Notes under the pieces: model-generated
Seen by the model: the letters and a program-made list of their open reading frames with translations, nothing else
What the model was told of the DNA's origin: nothing
Databases searched by the model: none
In this document: in pieces, positions 36,792 to 50,012 of the stretch
How the letters are laid out: every line of letters starts with the position of its first letter
Numbering within the stretch: position 1 is the stretch's first letter
Source: Callorhinchus milii
Taxonomy: Eukaryota
Direction: 5' to 3'
NCBI RefSeq assembly: GCF_018977255.1
Contig: NW_024704742.1
Location: forward strand, 91,452,001 to 91,516,000
DNA: 64,000 nt
Position numbers and translations under genes: made by a program

Positions 36792-39234
36792 ATCATGGCC
36801 TCCTACCCTCCTGTCACAGAGGCTTCTGGTCTATGGAAAGGTTGCATCGTGAACTGATGCCCTGTCCTGCATAGGTTAGGGTGGGAGGCCACAGTGTGGT
36901 GGGCTTCCAATGGACCAGAGGCCTCTGTAATGCATTTGTTCATGGGCCCCAGCTCCGCCAAGTGCCCACACCAGTTGTTGGATAGGGCAGGAGGACTCTG
37001 TGATGCAAGACGCCACCCTATCAGACTAGTTATCTGATCAATTTTGCATTGTAAGTACTTAGAAAAATTTCTAGAATGTGATTAGTTATGTGTTAAGTGG
37101 TGTGACAGGTAAAGAGGCGTATCTTATTAAAATTTCACATGGGAAGCAGCTGTGCTATAGCTACTGAGGTGGTAGTTAAGCCAGTCTTGTTATCAGGAAT
37201 TTACTGTCATAAACTCCAGTCTGAAATTCTTCTGTGCCAATTAAAGATTTTAATAAAATGCTTTAGCTGCCTAATAAGCAAAATAATTACTAAATGTAAT
37301 AACAGGGTTGGAGGGGAAATACTTCACAATCAAAGAACTCAATTCAGCAATGAAGTAGCATATAGAAAGCAGCAGTCACTAATAAGACATAAATGGAATT
37401 GTAAAACCACATGATATTATTCAAAAGGACAAGAGTATTTCTCCCAATGTCCTGGCCAACAATCCTTCAGTTTAATTGATTGTTCGCTCATGTTGAAGAT
37501 TGCTGTGTGAAAATGGATTGCTGTGTTTGCCTGCCAATAGTTACTACACTTAGATAACGCCTTATCATGTTGCTGAGATGGCTCAAAGTGCTTCAAAGCA
37601 ATTATCTTAAAAGCACTTAGAGATGTTTTGATGGTGTGGGTGCCATGTCAAATAAAAGGATTATTATTACTATCTCACAATCTTGAACCATTATTTGGCG
37701 CTGGCGGCTACCTTCTATTATACTTGAATATGCGGAACTGAAGACTCATAGAATAAGGAACGCTCATTCAGCAAAATGTTCTAGGAATTACAAGACCCAA
37801 GTCCACTTCACAGCACCGTTGTTGTACTTTGGAATAAAAATATATTTTAATGTTGAAATATTAACTTGTTTACAAATGACTGAGGAAAACAGTAATGGAA
37901 ACATATTTCAGAACATTGACTGGAGATACTGCTGGTGTCATTTAGGTGATGGCCAATATTCCTCCAGATGGCCGTTTATGGGATGTTGTGTGCAAATTGG
38001 CTGACTACAAAACCTATTACATTTTACAGTATATGCTGTGAAGTGCTTTGAGATGTCCTCCTGACATGAAAGGTGCTATTATAAGATGCAAGTATTATTA
38101 TCATTAATACAGGTGGGAGGTGGCAGACCATAGAATAATTAGATTGTTGAGGAAACTGATCTCTAGAATGAACAGCACTGAGATAAGTTGATCATTACTG
38201 TAAAGATGTAATGTGTCTGGTAGAAGCTGGTGTATGAAGCGAACATGGACCTGGTGGAAGCTGGCTTACAGAGTATCAAATCTACATTTAGTGTCCCGAG
38301 ACTTTGGATTCTCCCTGTTATCAATGAGGTGGGGTTTGGGTTAAAGGGCCTGCCCCTTGTCCTGGTAGCAGATGAGTTTGTTCTGATCATTGATTTTCAG
38401 GTAGTAAACATTACTTCATCCTGGTATGACGTGCTGCTTTGGAAGTAAGCATATCTCACCACAGACTGAAGGATCAAATCAGCTGGAAGCCTTCTGCATG
38501 GTTCAACAACACACTGGACAAACTCACTGAACCAATTCAATATTTCCCCTTTCAAAAAAGCGTCTGGTCAACAAAATGGTTGGAGAACTTTAAAATGAAT
38601 CTGTAAATCAAAGGTGTGGTTATTTGCAGTCAGCCAACAGATGTTCTGAGTTCCATATTATAAACAAGTTTTTAAAGTAATGTCCCTTTGAAAAAGTACA
38701 TAAAACTAAATACCCTCAGCTTGAACTACTACAGATCAATCAGCACTAACCCAGTTTTGTGCTAATGGGATTAAATGACAGAGTGATGAGATGTGGTATG
38801 GAGAGAAGAACCATTCTTAGCAAAGAGAGCGTGACAAAGTAAGATGAATTAGATTGTAGCCTCACAACTGGCTTAGTGAAACTGCAATAACTTTCAAAGC
38901 AGATTTAAGCAAAGCTGATTATTTAGTTGTGATATTTGAAATAGCCTTCAGTGCAACTGAAAGCCTTCTTTGGTCACTACTATCAAATGTGTTTGTTTGA
39001 ATGCTTGAGGCTTTACTCGTTGTTATTGACCATATTCTGATCAGCCTAGAGGAAATTAGTATAAATTGAATTATATTGTAATCCATTTATTTTCTATTTT
39101 ATGCATACATTTGTAAACTTTGACAAACTATTTTTAACCCTTTTCTTGATGAAGAAGCCTGGAATGTACAGGATCAGTACATTAATATATATATTCAGTG
39201 GTACAGAGGGTACATTTCACTGACTGATGTGCAG

Positions 39235-39565
39235 TTAATAATAATAATAATAATAATAATCCTTGCATTTGATATTGCGCTTTTCACGTCGGGAGGACGT
39301 CCCAAAGCGCTTCACAGAATATACTGTAAAGTGAATTGACTGTATATTTGTGGGCGAACGCGGCAGCCAATTGCGCACAGCAATGTCCCACAAACAGTCG
39401 TGGATTGAAAATGACCAATTTATTATTGTTTTTGGTTTTGGAGGGATTATTATTAGGCTCTGTGTGGAGTAAGGAAACTTGCCCAAGGTTTCGCCCTCTG
39501 CCTGGAATTGAACTCAGGTCTCTCACTTGCAAAGCGAGTGCTCTAACCACTGAGCTACAGGACTC
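39235..39565 (-). mobile_element. Full-length young SINE
   Basis: Near-identical reverse complement of 28401-28713. Confidence 0.93.
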
Positions 39566-40164
39566 AGCTACAGGACAGTTATTCTATTGAAGGGGGTAGG
39601 TTCATTGAATGATCAGCATTTACTTACTCTACATCACTTCTGTATAGTATAGGGGCACATTAAATGATGTGTACAACACCACCAACAAAATTACATTTGT
39701 ATAGTGCCTTTCACCTCGGGAGGACATCCCGAGGCGCTGAAACGTACCTTATGGCACTTCTGTAGTGAAGAGATAGTAATAGATTCACTGAATGATGAGC
39801 ATTTATCCAGATTCTTATGTAAGGTGCTTTGACAAACAGACATGTCCTCTGTGAAGCTGACTCCACCTCCAGGATGCTCAGTGACATGGTTTAGGTAGTT
39901 GATGGTGACTAACCCTGGTATGCGGCATTGATCCTTGACCTCTAGAATATCAAGGTGTCTGGCATGTCACAACTTTCTTCCTGTATAAGTACTTCTGTCA
40001 TGCTGAAGGCAGGTATATACTCAATAACTGGTGAAAGAATTCTGATTTTTTAAACAAAAGTTGCTGAAAGGCACTACCTGGAGTCTGAGTTTGTTAACAC
40101 ATGCTCATATATTAAGAGCTTTATGTTCACCTTCATTGGCTCTGTATTTCCAACAAGTATACAT

Positions 40165-40876
40165 GGAGTCCTGTAGCTTAGTGGTTAGAGCACTCTCCTT
40201 GTGAACAAGAGGACCTGGTTTTGATTCCCAGGCAGAAGAAAACATTGAGCAAGTTTCTTTACTCCACATGCCTCTGTTTACCGAGCAGTGAGTAGAAACC
40301 CGGTGGAGTCCTGTAGCTCAATGGTTAGAGCACTCACTTTCCAAGCGAGAGACCTGAGTTCATTTCCAGGTGGGCGAAACCTTGGGCAAGTTTCCTTACT
40401 CCACACGCCTAATAATAATCCCTCCAAAACCCAAAACAATAATAAATTGGTCATTTTCAATCTATAACTGTTTGTGGGACATTGCTGTGCGCAACTGGCT
40501 GCCGCATTCACCCACAAATTTACAGTCAATTCACTTTATAGTGTGTTCTGTGAAGAGCTTTGGGATGTCCTTCCAACGTGAAAAGCGCTATATCAAATGC
40601 AAGGATTATTATTATTATTGTCAGTCGATTTGCAGTCAGTCGCATTTCCAGGGGTAATAATTGGTTCAAAAAAATAAAATAAATAATAAAATAATAATTT
40701 GGTCACTCAATCCACGATTCTTTGTAAGATACTGCTGTGCGCAATTGTCTGCCTCGTTTCGCCCACAAAATATACAGTCAATTCACTTTGCAGTATATTC
40801 TGTGAAGCACTTTGAAATGTCTCCAAGATGTGGTAAGATGCTATATCAAAATGCAAGGATTATTATTATTTATTAT
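40165..40876 (+). mobile_element. Long-form SINE with a young short-form SINE nested at about 40305-40619
   Basis: Two tRNA heads and two tails; the host sequence resumes at tgtcagtcgatt after the inner tail. Confidence 0.88.
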
Positions 40877-41306
40877 TTAGAGTAGGACCGTTGCTCAATG
40901 GATAGGGATATGTGTCCATGATGTGGGTAGGAGGAAGGTGGCAATGCTGAGCTGTGCTGCTTAACACTGGTATCCAACTAGTGAGGGCTCAAACCTATGC
41001 GTATCAGATGTCAAATGACTAACTAGTGACTAACCTTTTTGGCGGAGGTAAGTTGGTCTACTTGGGTTTGAGGTGGCTCAAAGATAATGTGCATGGCAAT
41101 AGAATGTCAGAAATTGAGTCAATCCTCTGTGGTAGATTCCTGACCGAGGCGGGTCCACGGTACTCCAAGGCACCGGAGATGATAGACCAACTAGCCTGGA
41201 TCATTGGCAGGAATTGAAAAGGCATACTGGTCAATGAGAGTAAGGATTCTTCCTGCTTGGCCTACATTAATCCTACAAGTCAAAGGTTTGGTCCTTGCTG
41301 GGTAAG

Positions 41307-41888
41307 CAACAACAAAATTACATTTATAGAGCGCCTTTCACATTGGGACAACGTCTCAAAGCACTGAACAGTCAGGTGTCAGGGACCGAGCATGGGGGAG
41401 GGGTGGTGTAGGGATGAGGGAAGGCAGAAAGGTGGGAGGGCGAACAAAGGCACGATCAAAGAGAAGGGTCTTGAGACCAGCCTTGAAGGATGCAAGGGAG
41501 GAAGTGAGGCGAAGGGACCGTGGGATGGAGTTCCAGAGTGTGGGGGCAGAGAGGCTGAAAGCCTGGCCACCAATGGTCAGGCAGGAGACATGGAGTAGGC
41601 CAAAGCCCGCTGAACGGAGGGAGCGGCCAGGTTGGTAGGGAGTCAGCAGGTCAGAGAGGTAGGAGGGGGCAAGGCCATGGAGGGCCTTAAAGGTGAGGAC
41701 GAGGATCTTGAACTCGATCCTCTGGGAGATGGGGAGCCAGTAAAGTCGGGCGAGGGTGGGAGTGATGGGGTCGCGGAGCCTGGTGCATGAGAGTACACGA
41801 GCTGCAGAGTTTTGGATGATCTGCAGCTTGTGAAGGGAAGAGTTGGGAAGGCCGATGAGGAGGGAGTTCCTGTAATCGAGCCTTGATT
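41307..41888 (-). mobile_element. L2 3' fragment
   Basis: Aligns with 14716-15370. Confidence 0.88.
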
Positions 41889-41889
41889 G

Positions 41890-42200
41890 AGTCTTGTAGC
41901 TCAGTGGTTACAGCACTCGCTTTGCAAGTGAGAGACCTGAGTTCAATTCCAGGCAGGGCGAAACCTTGGGCAAGTTTCCTTACTCCACACGCCTAATAAC
42001 CCCCCCAAAAACAATAATAAATTGGTCATTTTCAATCCACAACTGTTTGTGGGACATTGCTGTGCGCAATTGGCTTCCGCGGTCGCCCACAAATATACAG
42101 TCAATTCACTTTACAGTATATTCTGTGAAGCGCTTTGAGACGTCTAGAAGACGTGAAAAGCGCTATATCAAATGCAAGGATTATTATTATTATTATTATT
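41890..42200 (+). mobile_element. Young SINE inserted into the L2 fragment
   Basis: The L2 sequence agccttga|ggtgac is split by the SINE. Confidence 0.9.
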
Positions 42201-42539
42201 GAGGTGACACAGTGCTCTCTTTCATTGTCTTGGTGGATTTGATTGTATTTGGGGTTTACTTTTTCCATCCCATTTAAATTTTATATACCTCTATAAGGTC
42301 GCTTTCAGACCCTCTTGAAGAGCCCTAATGTAAATCCAATAGCTATTCCTCAATGCTCTTTCCTCTAACACTGGTTCATTCTCAATACTCTCTTCTGCAC
42401 TGCCTCTAGGGTCAGTGTGTCCTAATGTCACAAAATTTAGAACTGTATGCAGTACTCTTGGTGCACCTCACCAGAGCATGATATAGCTAGAGTATGACTT
42501 CTGGGGATGTGAACTTGTGGGTGATCTGCTACCCTGGGT

Positions 42540-42925
42540 ATAATAATCCTTGCATTTATTATAGCGACATCACATTGTCGAGAACGTTTTAAAGTGCTTC
42601 ACAGGATTTTTACTGTAAAGTGTAATGACTGCATTTTGTAGGCAAACACAGCAGCTAATGAAGTGAATGACCAATTTTATTTGGGGGATTGTTGGCGAAG
42701 ACACCAGGAGAAACTCCCTTCTCTTTTCAGATAGCATGGGACCTTTAACAACTGGTACCTCGGTTTTAATCTGTGGGATTGCACCTCCAACAATACAGCA
42801 CATCACCCAGCACTGCATTCGAGAGTCTGCCTAGAGTATGAGTTCAAAGGCCCTACATGGAGCCTGAACCCACAACCTTCTGACTCAGAGACAAGAGTGC
42901 TACCAACTTCGGCAAGCTGACCTCA
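42540..42925 (-). mobile_element. Old tRNA-headed Deu-domain SINE, near full length
   Basis: Head (reverse complement of tgactcagagacaagagtgctaccaac), Deu-like centre and shared tail. Confidence 0.65.
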
Positions 42926-44354
42926 ATAAATAACACATTCAGTAAATAATAGCTCAACAACAAATTACACCTGTGTAGCATCTTTCACATCGGGAGGACA
43001 TGCCAAAGTGCTGATACATTCATGCTCCTTAACATGAAGCTTGCAGGGTATACCTGGTATTCAACTAGCGAGGGCTTAAACCTGTGCATATCTGGCCCAA
43101 AACATTCCTTTTGTTTCCTGTGAATTTGTGTGCAGTACTATTGCACTAACAGTAACACTGCATGAATGCCTCATGCTCTCAGAATATTAATATTAGCAAT
43201 GTGTGGGCAATATTGTCAGAATTGATATTAACACAACATTTAAAATGTGAACTGTTTTCAGATCAGAAAAGGCTTGCACGGAAATATGTTGAGATTGTAT
43301 ATGTGTGGGGTTGGTGGGGGGGGGTTCCTCTGGCCCAGCAATTATACCTGCTGCTGTGCTTGTGCAACAAAAGTAGAAAGCTTGAAATTAAATCAAGGAT
43401 TAGGGGGCTCATTAATGCACACAGGAGTTTCTTTTCTGAAGTAGCATACAGGTGAATGAGGTGGGATTAAAGCCTAAATCCGATAAGAGGTTTAGAACCT
43501 TAAACCCATTAGCTATTCAATTTCATATGCCATTTGCTAATTCCGACTCTTAGACAGGGTTGGGAGTTAGCTGTTTGGTCTCAAAAAAGAAAAGATTGAT
43601 GAATAAAGAGATTAAAAGGTAGAAAGTTACTGGAAGTAATTAGTGAAGGATCAGCAGCTTCCTTTGTCCCTTTAGGAGATTAAATCTGCAGGTGATTTGA
43701 TGCCAAGTATTAGTCTTTTGTGGTTTACTTTTTATGGTGATTTGATATATAATAGATTTCTTTCAACTTTACCTTCTTTACCTAACATAATTCTCCAGAC
43801 GTTCCTCAGGTCTGAACAAGCTGCTTCCTGGTGAGAGAAAGAGACGTAAAAGTGTGTAAACTGTGTGATGTTTCATTGGCAAATGTATTGAATTTATTAT
43901 GAAATGTTATGAATCTGTTACAGTTTTCACCCTGTTGAATGCGAGTGAGGGACGCAGCTGACAGGAGAAAAGTGAAAATATCTGTTCAAGAAAGGGACTG
44001 CAAGGCAAATGGAGAGATCATCAGTGGAGAAGTGGAGAGGATTTGGGAACCATCCATATACTGAGCAGAGGACATGTCCTGTACTTTTCTACAAAGACAA
44101 GGGAAAAAGTGATGGCTGTGTGACCTGAGACACTCACACCTACAGCCAGATCGAGTGGTCCAGTGGTACAGTAGATTTCAAGAAGAGATTTTTTTAGCTG
44201 AAAAAAGGATTCAGCTGAAGAAAACTGAATAGAAAAGAACTCTGGTTATGGAGGATTATTTTTGTTATTGAATAATCTCTTCCTTCAAACTCAAACCATC
44301 ACAAGAGACTGGGTTTTGATGAAATTATGGTTAAATCACAAGATCAGAAGATTG

Positions 44355-44598
44355 AACAAAATGAAAAATACTGCAGATGCTGGGAATCTGAAACAAAAAC
44401 AGAAGTCGCTGGGAACACTCAGCAGGTCAGGCAGCATCTATGGAGAAAGGAAAGTGAGTCAACGTTTCGGGTCAACGACTCTTTGTCAGAACAGTTCTGA
44501 TGAAGGGTCGTGGACCCGAAATGTTGACTCACTTTCCTTTCTCCATAGTTGCTGCCTGACCTGCTGAGTGTTCCCTGTGACTTCATTTTTATTTCAGG
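44355..44598. mobile_element. Palindromic Penelope-like non-autonomous element with an 11-bp flanking direct repeat
   Basis: Arms 44388-44492 and 44494-44597 are inverted copies; TCAGAAGATTG at 44344-44354 and 44599-44609; hammerhead-like core. Confidence 0.75.
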
Positions 44599-47309
44599 TC
44601 AGAAGATTGGTTCTGAGGAAGCCCTTTAGCCTATCTGATCTCACCCCTCCACAACACCCACCCTCCCATCACAGCATTAATTAAGTCCAATATCCTGGCC
44701 ACAACCACCCTTCCCGGTAACCTGTTTCATTCACTATTTACCCTCTGGGGAAACAAAAGCGTCCTGGTATCTGAAACTGTCTTTTGCAATTCTGAATTTA
44801 TAGGTCCTCTTGTTCTATTGTCTCATTGGATTGTAAAGTATTCATCTGGGCCTAGTTTTTCAAGCCTATTTAACATTGTGTAGACCTCTATAAGGTCGCC
44901 TCTGAGTTGCCTTCTCTGTAGACTAAAGAGCACTAGCCTGTCTAATCATTGCTCATTCCTCTAACAGGATATTTGTGCAATTCATTTTGGAAGAATCCTG
45001 AAGGAATACTGGTCTAGATCACTCAATAGAGGCTGCTATGGCAAGAACATTGAATTGCAAAATTCCAACAATGCTCAAAGCATATCAACATTCTGTTATT
45101 TTCATTCATTCTGTTATTTTGGTTGATATTTTATTCATTGAGAATTAACAAGGCAGAAAAAAACATTTTCCTTCTTCTTTTTCATTTGTTCCACCTGCAC
45201 TCAGTTTGTTGCGCTAACATGCCCCTAATCCCCTAATGCTCTCTCACTAAGAGGATTTGCACCTTTTCAATGATTAAAGGATTGTGAGATCAGACAGAGA
45301 CAGGTTTTTCTTGGGTGTGGTGGAGGTGGGCTGCATAAAACAGAATACCGAGAGTCGCTAAGTTATCTTCACAACTGGTAATAATGTCAAATGAATTGGA
45401 GGAAGTCACTGATTTGCAATAAAAGGAAAATGAAAGTATTCGATTACAAAATACAGTCCCTGCACATTACTTTAAATCCTGCCAGATGCTTTGAGACATC
45501 TTCCCAATGTGAAGGATGCCATATCAAATGCAAGGATTGTTATTATTGTTAGTTATTATGAAGAGGGAGAGTGAAAAAAGGAGACTGAAAGAGTGTAAAA
45601 AATCTGCTTTAGGTGAAGTTTTTCCATAATTTTAAATTGTGTCCATGTTTTCGATGCTTTGAGCAAACAACAGCTATGATGGTTTGTTATCACTTTCACT
45701 CGTTTATTTTGTTCTAAGCAAGTTGCAGTCTCTGCCCACTCTCTGCCATATCTGTTAACAGGAGAGTCTTTATCAGAATCTGCCTTGACCTGATCTCTAA
45801 TTTGTTACACTAATAATCCTTGCAGTTGATGTACATCAGGATGTCTCAAAGTATTTCAGCAGGTTTTGTTGTAAAGTGTAGTTATTATGTATTTTGTGGG
45901 TGAAGGCACCAGCCAATTTGTGCACAGCAATATCCCACAAACAGCCACAAAATAAAAAACTAGTTTCCTCCCTTTGTGCGTAGGCACTTGTCCTAGATAG
46001 GAACCACTAGAGTCCTAGAGATAAAAAGGCCTATTTTCAGAGGGAAACTTTGCCTTGCAAGCCAGAAATTTCAGATATAATCAAGTAAACTGCTTGGTGC
46101 TAACCCAATACAGCAATACTGGAAGTAATGCAATCTTCAGAAGAGTTATACAAGAAAAACCAAGGTGCAGCTTAATCTTGAACAGTGCTATTGCTCTTGG
46201 AGGGACCTCAGACCATTCTGAAGTGTTGCCACAATTGTTAATGGTGCTATCCCTTTAAAACTATTGAATGCTCCTGCAGTGTTCAGCTCCCCAACTTTGT
46301 GCGCCAAGGCCTGCCCCTTGTTTAGTCAGACAGGTGCACTTAGATCAGCCCATTCCTTAAATATCTTTTCTCTATTGGCTCCAGTCAGACTCTGCTCTAA
46401 TTGGACTCTTATTTGCAGTTAAACCAGCCCGAGTATTCCAAGCACCAGAGATTTTGCTTCTGTAATTCCAAAGACTGGAACACTTTTTCCCTTATATCAT
46501 CTGTTCTCACTTACAACTGGAGCTCATTGGAAAGAAACATTCTCCTCTTTTGAAACAAGGGACTTGCTAACTGCTGTGCCAGGTGAGTCCCAAGTGGTTA
46601 CTTATTGTTTATCTCACTAGTACATGACTAATCTATATAGTGGCCCACCTGTACATTACAATGCAGATCAGTTAATATTAACCTGACTGTTCATTCACAG
46701 CATTTCTGATTTATGCAGTTGAGACACTTAATAACACTTAACCCTATGGTTAGTGTCTGTACATGTTTATGGCTGTTCAGTTTAGTGCCTCTTTTGCTGC
46801 TTAGTTACTGTGCTGTTGAACAGCTCTTAGTAATAACGGTGGAAAACCAGCTTGCACATTATGACCGAATTCATGAATTTCCTGAATTTTGCACCATCTT
46901 GAGTTTCAAGACAATGACCTTAAGGCAAAGACCAGAAGAAATGTTGTTGCCTCAGAAGCAAAAACCTGTCTGAATTTCTTCTCCTCTGTAACCTGGACAA
47001 TGGGGCCAGTAATAATCCCTATAAGTCCTGGCTGAGATCAGCTAATGCAGCATTTCCCCATCCCCTGTGGTGATGAATTTTGGACTTTCCAGGTCTGTAT
47101 GGTTTAGTTTAATACTTGTCCTTCTCGCTAGGTAGTGGACAAAAAGGAATCCTGTATTATTGTCTTCCAGAGCTCAAGTTCCATTCAAAGTATTATGCTA
47201 CATGTAATTCACATGTACAAACATTGTCGTCATGAGCTATTTCCTGTTTCATACAGCTGCTTGCTCTCTGTAGTGATGATAAGTACTGGTTATACAATAC
47301 AAAATACAA

Positions 47310-48260
47310 ATTTACCTTTATATAGTGACTTTCATCTCTGGAGGATGATGCCTTAAGTTACTGGACAGACCAAGGTTTGCCCCTGAGCTGGAGGTGGGGG
47401 TTGGGAGTGGTGGCAAGGAGGTTGAGGGAGTGAAAGATAACCAGACGTGGGACTAAGAGGAAGGTCTTGAGGTGGAAGGAGATGAGGGAAGAGGTGATAT
47501 TAAGAGTTTCTGAGATGGAGTTCATACAGAGTGGAGGCAGACAAGCTGAAAGCTTTGACTGCCGATGGTGGGTGGGGGATGTGAAGCTGGACGGAGCAGT
47601 AGGTTTGGAAGTGTTTGAGGAGATTGCAGAGGTAGGGTGGGGCAAGACCATGGATGGATTTAAAGTTAGAATGAGGATCTTGAACTTGATTTACTAGTGG
47701 ATGGGGAGCGAATGGAGCCAGTTGAAAAAAGGAGGTGTTAAGCTTGCGGACCCTAGTGTGGGAAAGGATTCGAGCTGCAGAGTTCTGGATAGTCTGTAGC
47801 TTGTGAAGGGAGAGATGGATAGTGCAGTGAGCAGAGTTGGTGTAATCTAACTTCTAAATGATGAATGTGTGGATTAGGGTGAGGATGTTACAAAGTTGAG
47901 GGAAAGCTGGACAGGTCAGAGCACGGATGTGAGGCTTAAAGGGCAGTTCAGAGTTGACCAAGACTCTGTTGTTCCACTGGCTCTGTAAGGTGGAGTGCGC
48001 CTTCAAGTAGGTTGATGCTATCAATGCCTGTAGTGAGAAGGCACTGATAGGACCCAAGCAGGAGAGCCTTTGTCTTGTCAATGCTCGATTGAAGAAGTTA
48101 GAGCTCATCCAGGACTTGAAGTCTGATAGACAATCGATCAGAATATTCCTGCAATCGAAGGTGGAGGCAGATAGATAGGGTTGGGTGTAATCCGCATACA
48201 TATGAAAGTTAACCCCGTGTCTCAGGATGACATTGCCGAGTGGGAGCATGTAGATGCAGT
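47310..48260 (-). mobile_element. Degraded L2 LINE
   Basis: [26 protein letters not shown]2 tail near 47310. Confidence 0.85.
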
Positions 48261-48930
48261 ATTAAAGAGGAGAAGAACGAGGAACAGGAACTGTACACTA
48301 CACAAATCCAAGCCATGGTGGTAATGAGCATTGTCTTCTGCATTCTTGATACATCTTTTCTTATTCTCTGATACTGGCTCCTTTGTAATGGTGGGAACAT
48401 AAAACCCCTGGTTTTAGACAGAGCTTTAAACTAGCACCAAGACCTGCACATTTCTTGTAGACCTAGAGCGTAGGATGTGAGTCAAGAACTGAACATAAAT
48501 CAATCTCATGCGACATCGTTAATCTAACTTTCTCTTTCAGACACTGATTGACTCTCTGTGGATTTCCAGCATTTTCTCTTTTTAGTTCAGAGTTTCTTGC
48601 ATTAAAATAATCCTTGATTTGATATAGCGCGTTATCACATCATTGAGACAAAGTGCTTCACAAAATATACTGTAAAGCAAATTGACTACTATAATTTGTG
48701 GGTGAAATATTATCCCAAATGCAAGGAATATTATTATTTTTCTTTGTTCTGCACTGTATAATAATAATCCTTGCATTTGATATAGGACCTTACCACGTGT
48801 TTGAGACGTTTCAGCTCTTCACAGAATATACTGTAAAGTGAATTCACTGCATTTTGTGTAGCTCTTAAGGTTGATTCTCACTGATATTTTGCTTACTATT
48901 TGAACAGGACCATTTGGATGAGGTTGGAGA

Positions 48931-49069
48931 ATGAACATGATGAATGATCAGGGAGTTGGCAGATTTTCCTCTGCCATTTCCAGTACCCCTCCCTCCCTGT
49001 ACAGTTTCTACCAGCAGGGGCTGTACCCCATGACTCCTCATGTTCTCACACTCGCCCAACGCCTGACAG
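48931..49069 (+). CDS. DMBX1-like homeobox gene, coding exon 1
   Basis: MNMMNDQGVGRFSSAISSTPPSLYSFYQQGLYPMTPHVLTLAQRLT resembles the DMBX N-terminal HALTLAERLA motif. Donor G|gtacgg, phase 1. Not in the supplied ORF track. Confidence 0.8.
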
Positions 49070-49836
49070 GTACGGAAAAATTCTACCCAGTTAGGCTCAG
49101 TTAGATATAAATAACACTGCCACTGATCCTTTACACTTTACTTATCTCTCTCTCTCTCTTTCTCTCTCATATTTTCTTACAGACTCATTAAAGTAAAGGT
49201 ATAAGTTGCACTAATGTTCATTTTCCAGTTCAAACTCTTTTTCTCTCAGTTTAGTTTGAACAGTTATACTCGAGTTTAAAACATTACATCATTGCATTAG
49301 ATGATACAGGGCAATCAGGCAGTCCAATTACTCTGTTTCCTCCTTAGGTTGCACTTCCTTTCCCAGAGCATGACTAGCCTTTACCTAAGGCAGGGTGATG
49401 AATACCCTCTTATACTGCATACATCGGCAATAATGTGGAGCTAAATCTTTCAGTCAGCTCCAGAGGCTTGCAGGACATGATTATCTGCACACACGCACAG
49501 TGCATTAGTATTGCAATGATGTCAAGATGTCCCCTTGATGGAACATCTTGACACTATTGCAATACCAAGAGTGGAGCCTGGAAGGTGTGCCTAAAAATCA
49601 GGTGGCTTAATAAGAAATCCCATTAGAAATCCCGCATTTTGCATGCCAGCACCACCTTTTTAGAGCACACATTAGATTGTTCAAAGATACAAGAAAATAA
49701 AACAGTCCTCTATCTTCAAGGTCTTTTCAAGGTCCCTTTCAATCATTGTGTGAAGCATACAAATAACTGTACTTTTGTGATGAAGGATATTACCTCAAGC
49801 AGGAAGTGGAATTGCTCATTCTGTTGTTGGGTATAG

Positions 49837-50012
49837 TCCTTGAGGTGAGATACAGGAATCATCACTATGAAAAGCAGAGACGAAGCAGGACAGCATTCAC
49901 TGCTCAGCAGCTGGAAACCCTGGAAAAGACATTCCAGAGAACCCACTATCCCAATGTAGGAATGAGAGAGACACTGGCAATAAGCACAAACCTGCCCGAG
50001 GCAAGACTGCAG
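49837..50012 (+). CDS. DMBX1-like coding exon 2 (homeodomain residues 1-46)
   Basis: [58 protein letters not shown]; donor CAG|gtaacc at the canonical PRD-class Q46/V47 intron position. Confidence 0.92.
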
